Positions 1 to 12,095 are shown, numbered from the stretch's first letter. The stretch: 64,000 nt of DNA from Octopus sinensis (GCF_006345805.1 NC_043011.1:49054464-49118463); one strand, 5' to 3'. Made by a program: numbers and translations. Notes: generated from the letters alone by a model not told the origin.

Positions 1-147
1 TTTCCGTCTACTAAATCCACTCTCCAGGCTTTGGCTAACCTGAGGCTACAGTAGAAGACACTTGCTCAAGCCACCACACAGTGGGACTGAATCCGGAACC
101 ATGTGGTTGGTAAGCAAGCTACTCATCACACAGCTACTCCTACGCCT
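1..147 (-). mobile_element. tRNA-headed SINE, family A, 5' part
   Basis: Reverse complement of the head seen in full at 3080, 14683 and 58010 (A-box-like TGGCTGTGTGG, B-box-like GGTTCAGTCC, then CCTTGGGCAAGTGTCTT). Confidence 0.85.
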
Positions 148-207
148 GTAGCACTCCACTGCTGCTGCTGATATATCTTCATGACTTTTAGCATTATACT
201 TCAACAT

Positions 208-545
208 GGTGAAGACACATGGCTCAGTGGTTAGAGCATCAGGTTCACTATTATGTGATAGTAAGTTCGATTCCTAGACAGGCCGTGTGTTGTGTTCTTG
301 AGTAAGGCACTTTATTCCACATTGCTCCAATTCACTCAGCTGTAGAAATGAGTTGCAGCATCACTGGTGCCAAACTATTTCGACCTTCACCTTTCCCTTG
401 GATGATATTGGTGGTATGGAGAGGGGTGGCCAGCTTGCCTTGCCAGCAGGGTGCATCTTTCAATGGCTAAAACAATGCAAATGTCATTGTGATCAGCGAT
501 GTGTAATGCCATCTGATAGTCTGGTCTGTCATGTGATCACATGAC
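208..545 (+). mobile_element. tRNA-headed SINE, family B, diverged
   Basis: TGGCTCAGTGGTTAG A box and AGTTCGATTCC B box; the tail matches the copy at 27609-27907. Confidence 0.75.
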
Positions 546-888
546 ATGTGATATCTACATGAGATGCTTTCTCAAGACAAATAAAGTCGTGTTGTGGTGT
601 TGTACAGTATATCCACATTATGTATGATATACAGAGTACTATTTTGAACGCATACAACTTAGATTTCTAATAATAAATTTTAGCGTTTGTTACAAAAATC
701 TGATATAAATGACAACATATTTACAAATAACTTTGAATAAAATACTGTACTGTCAGCTGCTGTTCATCAGCAAGTATGTTTTGATGACATACAATAATTT
801 AATTAATTGTTTTAGGTGCCTCTGTAGTCATGAACAGCCTCTCAGCCCTTCTATCCAGGACCCATTAGCATAGCCATGTTGTGACAGC

Positions 889-1455
889 CAGAAGGTTAGA
901 GAGAGCTGCACCAGTATTTGGTTGTATTAATTTACAACTGAGTAGACAAGAATAGCTTTAAATGGAGTGCCTTGCTCAAGGATACAATATGCCACTTGGC
1001 CCAAGAATAGAACCTGTGATGTTATGATCATGAGTTGAACACCCTAACCACCAGGCCAAGTAACTTCACAGATATCACAAATATCTTTGTACATGGCAGT
1101 CACTTCGAAGTTAGAGGTTTTTATAAGAAGTTTAACTTATTAAACCCAGGCTTTGCAGTGTAAGATAATCATTTATTTATTGGCCACAGGGTCAACAGAA
1201 CAGAACATTAAACGGCATCGTTTCCATTCCATATCACCTAACTGTAATGACAGAAGGTGAGAGAGCTGCACCAATATTTGGTTGCACTAATTTACAACTG
1301 AGTAGACAAGAATAGCTTTAAATGGAGTGCCTTGCTCAAGGATACAATATGCCACATGGCCTAAGAATAGAACCTGTGATGTTATGATCATGAGCTGAAC
1401 ACCCTAACCACCAGGCCAAGTAACTTCACAGATATCACAAATATCTTTGTACATG
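889..1455. repeat. Local direct duplication A (889-1095) and A' (1251-1455), each containing a family B SINE head on the minus strand
   Basis: Near-identical ~205-bp blocks offset by 360 bp. Confidence 0.9.
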
Positions 1456-2715
1456 TCATGAAAAGAGACAAAGTTTTCAAACAGACACAGACTAAAGGAT
1501 TGGGTAGATAATTAGAAATGAAAAAGAAAAAAGCAAATGAGCAGAATAATTAAGTTTTCCGGGGAATGAATAATAAAACTTTCCAACAAGTTTTAGGGTC
1601 GATTTTCAAAGAATAACAATGCAGAGACGAGCTCCGAGAAAATGCTTGAAGAACCGGCCTCTCAGAAATATATTGGATAAAATCTGATTACTATTCTGAT
1701 ACATTCCACTTTCTGTCATTTGAATGCTATACAGAATTTTGGTAAATTCAGTACAGTTTTTGACCTTTACAAACAGTAAAAGCGGTAGATGTCAGCATTG
1801 TCAGATAATTCAACGTGAGAAATATCTCAGACATCATTTGATTGTGTTAACCGTACCTGACTGCAGTTTATTATTGCAGTGTGTAAGAAAGAATGTGTCT
1901 ATATATGTGTATATATGTGTGTATGTATGTATGTATGTAAGTGCACATGGAAGTTTTCTGAAAGTGGTCCTTCAGCATTATATGAAATTTGCTTTGACTT
2001 GGCTGTCACTTCGAAGTTAGAGGTTTCTATAAGAAGTTTAACTTATTAAACCCAGGCTTTGCAGTGTAAGATAATCATTTATTTATTGGCCACAGGGTCA
2101 ACAGAACAGAACATTAAGCGGCATCATTTCCATTCCAAATCACCTAAATGTAATGGCAGGAAATTGCCAACTTCCATTTGGTGTTGGACTTCATATATTC
2201 TTAAGAAGGTGGTGGATTGGTAAAGTAATTAGAGAGTTGAATAGAGTGTATGAGCATTTGTTCCAGTTCACTGCAGTCTGAGTTCAAATCTCACTAGGGT
2301 CGATTTTGTCTTTTGCTTTTTGGGGGTGGATAAAAGGGTACCAGGCTTATGCAATGAGCTGACAGACTTAACATTGAGCCAGGCAATTGTCTTTCACTTT
2401 TTGGGGGTGGATAAAAGGGTACCAGGCTTATGCAATGGGTTGACAGACTTAACATTGAGTCAGGCAAGATAAATCGCAATTGAACAAACAGGTCCCCAGT
2501 ATTTAGTTTTTCGTTTTTGTTGTTGTTTTAAAGTCTGGTGATTCTTTCTGTTTCTTTGATCAAACTGCTAAAATGTATGAGGATGTAAACACACCAACAC
2601 CAGTTGCCAAGCAGTAATGGGAGGACAAATGCAGACACAAAGACAAGCAAGAAAGCACACACACACATGCACACACACACACACAAACACACACATAAAT
2701 ATATAAGATATCTTT

Positions 2716-2798
2716 GGCCTGATGAATAGCTAGTAGAGTACCCCTCATTAAGTAATAACAACTTCCAAGGTTCTGCAATCTACGAAACATATGTAGCC
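2716..2798 (+). ncRNA. Type-I hammerhead ribozyme motif (family H1)
   Basis: GGC-CUGAUGA-A-UAGCUAGUAGA...UCUGCAAUCUAC-GAAA-CAUAUG-UA-GCC. Stem I is GGC/GCC, stem III is the palindrome ACAUAUGU, and the triplet is GUA. Stem II has 3 mismatches, including A.C at 10.1/11.1. Confidence 0.7.
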
Positions 2799-3048
2799 TA
2801 CATTTTACCTGCTCCATTCCCAAAATTTAGATTGTTACTAGATTGTTTTTTTGCATACACAGCAATGCCAGTTGCTAACCATGAACTATAAAATAACATT
2901 TTTCTGCTAATCAAACTTTGATATGGCAAAATTTACAACCTTCTACGTCAGTAAACCACTATTGTTCCACAAAGTTTTATTTTTATACCTTCTGTGGATT
3001 GCTCAAAGTTAACTAACTTCCTACACCTTGATCATTGGATCTTACCTT

Positions 3049-3052
<4 letters not shown>
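2716..3052 (+). mobile_element. Hammerhead-bearing interspersed repeat (probable Penelope-like terminal repeat), family H1
   Basis: Homologous to 4334-4662 and 9955-10076; ends at a (TA)n run. Confidence 0.65.
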
Positions 3053-3079
<27 letters not shown>

Positions 3080-3475
3080 AGGCACAGGAGTGGCTGTGTG
3101 GTGAGTAGCTGGCTTACAAACCACATGGTTCTGGGTTCAGTCCCATTGCGGGGCACCTTGAGAAAGTGTCTTCTACTATAGCCTCGGGCTGACCAAACTC
3201 TTGTAAGTGGATTTGGTAGATGGAAACTGTCGTGTATATATATATATTTATATATATATATATGTGTTGTGTATGTATGTATATGTTTGTGTGTCTGTGT
3301 TTGTCCCCCAAATATTGCTTGACAACCGATGCTGGTGTGTTTACGTCCCCGTCACTTAGCAGTTTGGCAAGAAATACTGATAGAATAAGTACTAGGCTTA
3401 CAAAGAATAAGTCTTGGAGTCGATTTGCTTGACAAAAGGTAGTGCTTCAGCATGGCCACAGTCAATTGACTGTAA
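3080..3475 (+). mobile_element. Full-length family A SINE (tRNA head, (TA)/(TG) linker, conserved tail)
   Basis: Matches the copies at 14683, 32752 (-), 43645 (-) and 58010 over the full length. Confidence 0.9.
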
Positions 3476-3498
3476 AAAAAAAAAAATATATATATATT

Positions 3499-3531
<33 letters not shown>

Positions 3532-3593
3532 GATAAAACGGTAAGATAACAAAAGAAAGAAAGAGACCTCAATATTATGTAAATAGAGGAATT

Positions 3594-3815
3594 TATCTAT
3601 ACAATATGTTACATTACTCGGTAGTCAAGATAAAACTCTGAGTTTCAGATGCCGAAGTGGAAATCCACAACACCATCTCTTCGGTTATCTGGCTATTTGA
3701 AAACGTTTTCAAATAGCCAGATAACCGAAGAGATGGTGTTGTGGATTTCCACTTCGGCATCTGAAACTCAGAGTTTTATCTTGACTACCGAGTAATGTAA
3801 CATATTGTATAGATA
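3594..3815. repeat. Perfect spacer-less 222-bp palindrome made of a Penelope-like terminal sequence (family H2)
   Basis: The 111-bp arms are exact reverse complements about the centre AAAAC|GTTTT (3704/3705). The sequence is related to 45960-46189. Confidence 0.95.
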
Positions 3816-3860
3816 TATAATATATATATATATAATATTTATATATATTTATATATATAA

Positions 3861-4333
3861 CTGAGACAGCTAAGACTCTACTCCCTGGAGAGAAGGCAGG
3901 AGAGGTATGCAGTAATATACATCTAGAAGATCCTGGAATGAATTGTGCCAAGTTTTGGCAATGAAAGCTACACCAGAATGGGACGACATTGCCAGAATGG
4001 GACGACACTGCATAGTGCCAAAGATCCCAGCAACGCCATCGTGTTTCAGGACTGTTACTGCAACAGCCTGGGTTTCAGGGGCCCAAACCTTTTTAATATT
4101 CCCCTAAAGAGCCTGAGAAACCTGCACAAAGTAGATGTAGGCATTTTTATATCAAGACTGGAACCTCTTCCTGTCGAAAGTCCCAGATGAACCTACTTCA
4201 CGGCAAGAGGTGCAAATGAGGGTAGCTACACGAAACTGCCTTCTTCACCAAGTGCCACATGTTGGAGGAGGTTCGTCGTAATAACAGTGTAGCACAAAAC
4301 GGTGGTGCATGAGCATGGCCGCAGCTCTGAGCT
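3861..4333 (+). pseudogene. CR1-clade LINE, 3' end of ORF2, disrupted
   Basis: Translates across stops and frameshifts to LRLYSLERRQERYAVIYI..KIL..IVP, NSLGFRGPNLFN and FLSKVPDEP, which are typical CR1 C-terminal motifs; ends in an A-rich tail. Confidence 0.8.
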
Positions 4334-4662
4334 GAAACTACAGAAAAAAAAAATTCCTTGTTTGGGTAATTACTACTTCCAATTTTCTGCTAGCTCAGAA
4401 ATATATGTAGTCTGGATTTTACCTGCTCCATTCCCTAATCCAAAATGTGGAGTATTATTCTCATACACTGAAATCTCTGTTGCTAACAGGGAACTATGAA
4501 ATAACATTTTCCTGCTTATCAAACTTCGATATGGGAAATATTTACAATCCTCTACATCAATAAACCGCTAAAGTTTCTGAAAGGTGGCTTTTATGTCTTT
4601 TATGGACTACTTGAAGCTCATTAGCTTCCAATACCTGGATCCTTGGATCTCACCTTTACATA
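4334..4662 (+). mobile_element. 5'-truncated copy of family H1
   Basis: Aligns to 2755-3052. It keeps CUAGCU..GAAAUAUAUGUAGUC, but the CUGAUGA half is absent and the CR1 tail abuts it. Confidence 0.7.
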
Positions 4663-5153
4663 CATATATAAATACATATATATATATATACAATGGCATT
4701 AGTGGGAGACACTGGTCCAGTGTGCCACGGAGTAGGACTGAAAGTGGAACCATGAGTTTCCAAAGCAAAGTTCTTTCCACATCCAACATTAAAAGATGGA
4801 ATTATGGCAATTTATGTGTTTCCGAAGTTCAAACAGTGTGTGCATTATTGCATATGGACACGAGTGTGTATGTGTGTGTGTGTGTGTGTCCGTGTGAATG
4901 AGAGGTGTTGCCGCTCACCAAAGGAAATTCTTCACATAGGAGGTAATGAAATAATTCATTATAGCAGCACGGTAATGATAGCGGTAATAATTTATTTGTC
5001 TTCATCTCAACATTTGATGTAAGGCGCTAATCAAAGATCTAATATTTATATGACATACATACATATATAAATACACACACACACATACACACATCATCAT
5101 CATTATCATCATCATCATCATACGTCCGTTCTCCATGCTAGCATGGGCTGGAC

Positions 5154-5198
<45 letters not shown>

Positions 5199-5466
5199 CA
5201 TATATATATATATATTATATATATATATTTATACACATATATATATATATATATATATACATACATATATATATGCATATGTGTATGTCTGTATGCCTTT
5301 ATGTATTTATGCATGTATAGACATATACATATGTGTATATATATATATATTCATTTCTATATATATACTTATGAATATATGATATACATACATATATATA
5401 TAAGCCTTTATGCATGTATAGATATATACATATATCTATATACATTTATACATATATATTTGTGAA

Positions 5467-5473
<7 letters not shown>

Positions 5474-5502
<29 letters not shown>

Positions 5503-5712
5503 TGTATGTATGTATGTATGTATGTATGTGTGTATGTATGTATGTATGTATGTATGTATGTATGTATGTGTGTATGTGTGGTGTGTGTGTGTGTATGTAT
5601 GTATGTATGTATGTATGTATGTATGTATGTATGTGTGTATGTATGTATGTATGTATGTATGTATGTGTGTATGTATGTATGTATGTATGTGTGTATGTAT
5701 GTATGTATGTAT
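5474..5712. repeat. (TATG)n microsatellite
   Basis: Long, nearly pure TATG array. Confidence 0.95.
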
Positions 5713-5991
5713 AAATATATTCATATCCACATACATATACACATGCATTTACTCATATATCTAAACACACACAGTCATTCCTTTTATCTTTTGCTACTTG
5801 TTTCTGTCATTGGACAGTGGCCAGGCTGGGGCAGTGTTTCAAATGTTTTCAGCTATTATACGAATGTTTGAAACTTCTTTCAGTCTTATCTCAATCAAGC
5901 ACTCACCTTATCAGTTTCTATAGGTCAATTTCCCAAGTTACGGCGACATATCGCAAAACAATATGAAGAAGAACATTGCATATAATGTATT

Positions 5992-6024
<33 letters not shown>

Positions 6025-6949
6025 TCTTACTTTTATTCTTTTACTCATTTCAGCCTTTAGATTGTGACCATCCTGGAGGGATGCTTGTATGAGGGTGACA
6101 ATCATGTACAGCTATCAAGCCACATGATGGCAAGAAGACTCTGAAACACAAACACACAAACACACAGAAAGGGTTTTGTTTAGTCAACGGAATTTATTCA
6201 GGTCTTATTCTTTGTAAGCTGAGTGCTTATTCTATTGATCTCTTTAGCCAAACTGCTAAGTTATGGCAGTAATGGTTGACAAACACAAACACAAACACAC
6301 ACACATAGTTATGAATAAATATATATATATATATATATATGTCACGGGCTTCTTTCAGTTTCCATTTACCAAATTTACTCACAAGGCTTTGGTTTGCCTG
6401 AGGCTATAGTAGAAGACACTTATGTAAGGTGTGATGCTGTGGGACTGAACCCAAAACCATGTGGTTGGGAAGTGAGCTTCTTATCACCCAGCCATGACTG
6501 TACTTTATATATATATATGCACTCACAAGACTCTCATCAGACCTGGGACGTAGTAGAAGGCACTTGCTCAAAGTGCCATGCAGGTGGGATTGAACCAGGG
6601 ACTATGTGGTTCAGAAGCAAACTTCTTACCACGCAGCCACACCTACTATCATATCTTTACTGATTGTTTTAGGTGCCTATGGAGTTGCAAGCTGGCATAA
6701 AGACACTGTTGCATCATGTACCCTTGTCACTGCAGGACATCTGGGTTGTGACAGTTGAAGTGAAAGAGGACTGAACCAACACTAATCTGAGATCCGTTTT
6801 CAGTGGAATGGAGCAAAAACAATGTAAAATTAAGTGTCTTGTTCAAGAATACAATGCACTACCCAGTCCAAAGTGAAACCCGCAACCCTTTAATTACGAG
6901 CCAGACATCCTAATCATTATCACATGCACCTTCACACACACAGAGACAC

Positions 6950-6984
<35 letters not shown>

Positions 6985-6986
6985 CG

Positions 6987-7198
6987 TAGGTTGGCCCAAA
7001 AGTAGGCTTATACTTATCACGAAGGTACTTTAAATTTCTTTTAAAACATTTCATTTCATTTAAATTTCTATCTTACAATTAACTAAATTAGCACAGAATA
7101 ATGGTTTCATATTTTTTAATAATTAAGATCTAAACTGTTAACATATGAATGTGAAAGAGATAGTTGAATAACTGTAAACCTACTTTTGGACCAGCCTA
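6987..7198. mobile_element. Mariner-type MITE
   Basis: Inverted termini TAGGTTGGCCCAAAAGTAGG / CCTACTTTTGGACCAGCCTA with an AT-rich non-coding interior. The terminus resembles mariner TTAGGTTGG..CAAAAGT ends. Confidence 0.7.
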
Positions 7199-7919
7199 AC
7201 AGTTATCGCCAAGCTAATATGGCAGTCCATAAATAGAGGACAAAAGCTGCCATTGATTAGCTCCAAGAGACCATCTATTTTTGAAAACCAGTGGATGTAT
7301 TCTACTGAAATTAGGTAAATAATCCTTCAAACAGATGGTCAGTAGCAATGCAAGCTGGGTTTGGCTACTCTACATTAATAAAGGGCAAATGCCTGACCAG
7401 CAAGGGGAAGCAGCTGACCTCCCCTGTTCAAAGTTTATAATGGACACAAGTTCATGTGTCATATGGCTAGCTAGAGGCGATGGCCCACCCAGTGGTATAG
7501 CAAAAGGTACTTGCCCAAGGTGCCATGCAGTGCCACTGAACCCAGAATCACGTAGCTGAGAAGCGGAGCACCTTACCAAAGACAGATACGCATGCATACA
7601 TGCACAAGATGCACACAAGATGCACACAAGATGCACACAAGATGCACACTGGCAATCATTAAATCTTTGCTGCTTGTTCATTGCCGTTATTAGCGTGGTT
7701 TTTATTGCTCGTTCTCTCAATTAAAGCAACAGCAATTTCTCACAAACAACTCGTTACAATTCATGGAACGATCAAGTGACCTTTCATTGGGATCAATACT
7801 GTCAACCTTGCTCACACCTTTCGACCTGCTGCCATTTCTTCATTCCACTAACTCCAGCCAGCACCCTGCACACCGCAACCCCCATTACCATCTTGCCAGG
7901 CTTCAATTGCATCTACATC

Positions 7920-8440
7920 ACTTTTTTTTTTTTATCCTCTTCACTTTCGTCTTCTTTCTCCTTTGCACTTTCATCTTTCTTTTCTTCTTCACTTTCATCA
8001 TTTTTTTCTCATTTTCTTTTCTTCTTTTTCACTTGTTTTCATTGTTCTTGTTTTTCATTTCTTTCTCATGTCATCTTTATTCCTCCATACTGTTCTTTAT
8101 TTCTTTTTCTCTTCTTCTTATTCTTCTTATTCTCTTCTTCTATTTCTTCTTATTCTCTTTCATTTCCTCCTTTCTTCTCCAGTTCTTCATTTCTTCTCAT
8201 TTTTCCACATTTCTTCTCCATTTCCTCCTCCTTTCTTCTCCAGTTCTTCATTTCTTCTCATTTTTCCACATTTCTTCTCCATTTCCTCCTCCTCCTCCTT
8301 CTCCCCTCCTTATCATCATCCTCATCATCTCCCTTCATTTTCTTCATCTTTGCAACTCCTTCCTCCTTCTCCACCTCCTCCACATCATCATCACCATCAC
8401 CATCACCCACCCGCACCACCACCACCACCATTGTCTTCCT
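7920..8440. repeat. Polypyrimidine low-complexity tract with an internal ~60-bp tandem duplication
   Basis: TTC/TCC-rich; the unit CTTTCTTCTCCAGTTCTTCATTTCTTCTCATTTTTCCACATTTCTTCTCCATTTCCTCC occurs twice. Confidence 0.85.
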
Positions 8441-9265
8441 TCCCATTTTCCTTTTTGCATTTCATTCCTCGTGTCCTATACCAAACAGAGTTCCACCACA
8501 CCTAACAGTCAAGCATGCATGATGAGAATAAAGTCACAGGGTTTCCAAAGCTTGTTTCATTAAATACAAAAAGAGAAGCTTTAATCCACTTAACAAGGAG
8601 GAACAACATGTGCATCTGAATGTATGTGGTGTGCATGCATTTGCATGTGTCTGCATGTCTTCTAGAAACGAAAGAAAGAATAAATCCAACACCAAAATCT
8701 GCAAACTCTTAGAAGCAAAAGGAATTCTGTAAATGATGCTTTAATGTCAAACTATGTATTGCGTTTGTTTGAAGCTTAAATTAACAAAAACGGAGTCAAA
8801 AAATTCTTAGTCATTTCCATTTCTTGGTAGTGGTGGTGGTGGTAGTGGTGGTGCTTATGCTGGTGGCGCTGGTGGTGCTGGTGCTGGTGGTGGTACTAGT
8901 AGTGCTGGTGGTGGTGGTGGTGGTGGTGGTGGTAACTGTCACCTCAGTTAAGCTCTAATCAAACGAACTGTGACAAAAGACATTCATGCCATGACCATCA
9001 CATTTTTTTTACCATTTCTAGACATTTCGTATCTTAGCCTACATTTCAACAATCAGTTGAGTTGGTCATATTGTTATTGTTGTCATTCATGTTGCTGTCA
9101 TAAACTCTCAGATCAAGTTATGATCCAGAAGATATACAAACGCCTGTGACCATCCTATCTTATTTTTCTGGGAATGATATATCTAAGGCTAAATTATATA
9201 ATGTGTCTTTCCTTTATGAATATGATATGGTGTGGCAGGAATATTTAGCTACTATTTTAAGCAGG

Positions 9266-9572
9266 GTGGAGGCACATGGCCAAGTGGTTAGAGCAGTGGA
9301 CTCGTGGTCAAGGGATTGTAGGTTCGAATCTCAGACCGGGCGATGTGTGTGTTTATGAGCGAAACACCTAAGCTCCACGCAGCTCCGACAGAAGGTAATG
9401 GCGAACTTCTGCTGGCTCTTTCACTACAACTTTCTCTCACTCTTTCCTCCTGTATCTTGCAGCTCACCTGCAATGGACCAGCGTCCTGTCCAGGTGGGGA
9501 ACCTATACGCCAAGGAAACCGAGAAACCGGCCCTATGAGCCAGGCATGGCTCGAGAAGGAACAAACAACAAT
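9266..9572 (+). mobile_element. Family B SINE with V-domain-like 3' segment
   Basis: tRNA head (TGGCCAAGTGG, GGTTCGAATC) followed by CCTGCAATGGACCAGCGTCCTGTCCAGG, which resembles the V-SINE core as I recall it. Confidence 0.7.
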
Positions 9573-9767
9573 TTTAAGCAGGCATTCCTGTGTGGTAAGA
9601 AGCTTGCTTCTCAACTACATGGTTCCGGGTTCAGTCCCACTGTGTGGCACCTTGGGAAAGTGTTTTGCATAGCTTCAGGCCAACCAAACACTTTTGAGTG
9701 GATTTGGTAGACAGAAAGAGAATGATGCTTATCATACATATATATACATATATATTAACCAAACGAA

Positions 9768-10074
9768 GAGTACTCTGCAAGCTATTCATCAGGCCTAAGA
9801 TACCTCATTCAAATGAAGTTTATATTGTCATCAAGGGATCCCAAGTTAACTTGCAGGATATTTGATCAAAAATTCTTTCCATTCATTTATGATCAAATCT
9901 CCTGTGAGTTAACTCAGGCTCCCTTTATGACAGTGTAACCTTCATTTGACAAAGGTAACTTTAGCCTGGTGAGTAGCTAGTAGAGTACCACTAGTTGGAT
10001 AATTACTTCTACTGAGGTTCTGCTAGCTAGGAAACATATGTAGCCTGGATTTTACCTGCTCTATTCCCTAAATT

Positions 10075-10076
<2 letters not shown>
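9768..10076. mobile_element. Family H1 terminus with an inverted partial duplication
   Basis: Arms 9768-9868 and 9890-9990 are ~75-80% reverse complementary. The right arm continues into a hammerhead copy (9963-10045) with a mutated core, CUGGUGA. Confidence 0.8.
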
Positions 10077-10113
<37 letters not shown>

Positions 10114-10231
10114 GAGAAATAACCTCTATTAAGTAATTCAATAGTGAAAGACTTTATATCATATAGAAGAATTTAAATATACTATAATAAATATTACTCA
10201 AAGAATCACTAAATTAAATAAACATTAAATT

Positions 10232-10346
10232 GACTACGCATGTTTCATGACTGTATCTTTAAATTGATAATAATAAAATCGATACTATTAAAATTGATTC
10301 AATTTAAAATTAATTCATTTTAAAAATGTAGCCACTCTTCAGGTTC
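10232..10346 (-). ncRNA. Type-I hammerhead motif with long AT-rich loop II (family H3), decayed
   Basis: AC-CUGAAGA-GUGGCU...AGUCAU-GAAA-CAUGCG-UA-GU. Core intact, stem II GUGGCU/AGUCAU with G.U pairs, near-palindromic stem III, only 2 bp of stem I. Confidence 0.55.
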
Positions 10347-10351
10347 CCTAC

Positions 10352-10412
<61 letters not shown>

Positions 10413-10856
10413 TATATAAGGCAACAAGAGCAAAAATGGAGAAAATCAAATCTTTAATTGATGGTAATACTGTACATTACCAATGATTATTTCTATTTTG
10501 CTAGTATATTTAGATGCAGGAAAATGGTATAAAATACCATTCAAATTAATATATCCAAAAATATATGCTAACACAGCATTATCAAGACAATAAAAATATA
10601 GGTTAAATTCAAAGTGAACTGAGAAAATATTTCCAATAGAGGAACACATACAAAAAGAATGTTAAGAAGAAATATGATATTCTAAGAAGAGCCAGTTTAG
10701 TATTTAACTTTTGGTGACGTCAGTAGATAATGAAAGAATAAAAACTAAACATAGAAATTCTAAGTCACAACAATTATCTCTCTATTAAATCTGCTAAAAA
10801 TGTTTTAGAAAAATTATGCATATTAGATTATAGGAAAAGCAATTACAATTAACGGG

Positions 10857-11369
10857 TTATTTATTATTGGAATATTTAAATGTTTTTCTATACTTATGAG
10901 AATATTTCAATGTAAAATTATTTGTACCATTCAATAATTCTAATTTAGAAGTAATTACATAATACATTTCCTCAAGGCAAAGACCACATTTAAAATTACC
11001 AGTATTGAATGATGGTGCATAACTAATAATGGACCATTTTATGTTAAAGCTATTATTCCTGTCTTTTAAATCCCAAATACATTTACTTAGATTTATAGAA
11101 TTATATTTTCTTCTAAAATTAAATGAAGAAGAATGGTTATGTAATCTAAGCTTTCCAAATTGTGATAGTAAAATTATGTAACAATACATCTGATCCCCTG
11201 TAATGACCTTAAATCGATGCACTATATTCTTCCTTAAATACACTTTTTCTAAAGTACAGATAAGTTTGCTTTTGAAACTACAAAGACATTTATTCTCTTG
11301 TATGAGGTACTCATGGTTACAGGAATTATTTTTCCTTCTCTTCTCACAAGTAGGTGTTAAAGCAGGATA
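10857..11369 (-). pseudogene. Penelope-like element GIY-YIG endonuclease domain (Naiad-type), degenerate
   Basis: Open frame reads ...KCLCSFKSKLICTLEKVYLRKNIVHRFKV...YCYII...KLRLHNHSSSF...LSKCIWDLKDRN...IKWSII..A.....CGLCLEE...LLN. This matches the CxC..C linker, RxxNHxxSF, LSxxIWxLK and CxLCLxE pattern of these elements, but the YIG motif is altered. Confidence 0.75.
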
Positions 11370-11779
11370 TCATTAGCAGTATTATAATCAATATTATTAC
11401 TAGGTGTTACCTTAAAGGTATCAATTTCAGAGTCAGAATTATTTTTACCTAAAGTATCAAAATCTTGTTCAGGAAAATTATTATTAGAATTAATTCCATA
11501 ATTCACATTATTGATTTTACTCATTTTGCTAATTTTGAGTTGAGATACTGTCTAATTTTACCTTTGGAAAAGGTCAAATTTCAGTCAAATTTTTGGTGGA
11601 TGAATATGATAGTTTTACTCTATGGTGATTAAATAATTTCCCTCACTTACTTTCTGAAGATTAATATTGTTTCAAATTTTGACACAAGGCTAGTTTTCTT
11701 AATATCAATATTATAAACATGTTTATAATTCTGAATTCAAAAACTGAATTTTATCTTTCCATATATATAACTATAGCCC

Positions 11780-12095
11780 CCTTATCATTATTATCATTAT
11801 CATTTTATTTCTTTTTAACACAGGTTTTATTGGAACTCCTGGAGTCTTGCATGTGCAGCAGGCTTACTACCTGCAGCCATGCTATCCATTCTTTTCAGCT
11901 ATCTAATATTTTCCAGATTATTCTGGCTGTGCCAAGGTGGCAAGCCTTTTGTAACATTTCTGCTGGGCCCAATATTCCAGTTTCCTTGATGCCCTCTGAA
12001 ACTGTTCCCAAGGATCCAACAATAATTGACACTATCTTCACCTTCTTCATTTTCCATAGCCGGGCTATTTTGAACTTAAGAGTTGTATTTATGTT
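11780..12095 (-). pseudogene. R4/Dong-type non-LTR retrotransposon 3' end
   Basis: KIARLWKMKKVKIVSIIVGSLGTV...LQKACHLGTARIIWKILDS* matches the C-terminus of R4-clade RLE elements; short 3' UTR, with TAA-type repeats on both sides. Confidence 0.75.

Noticed and set aside
2317-2470. 81-bp tandem duplication
   Set aside because: It is a simple local duplication of a decayed family C SINE tail.
7763-8563. 266-aa hydrophobic ORF
   Set aside because: It arises from a polypyrimidine tract; overlapping frames are also open, as expected from low complexity.
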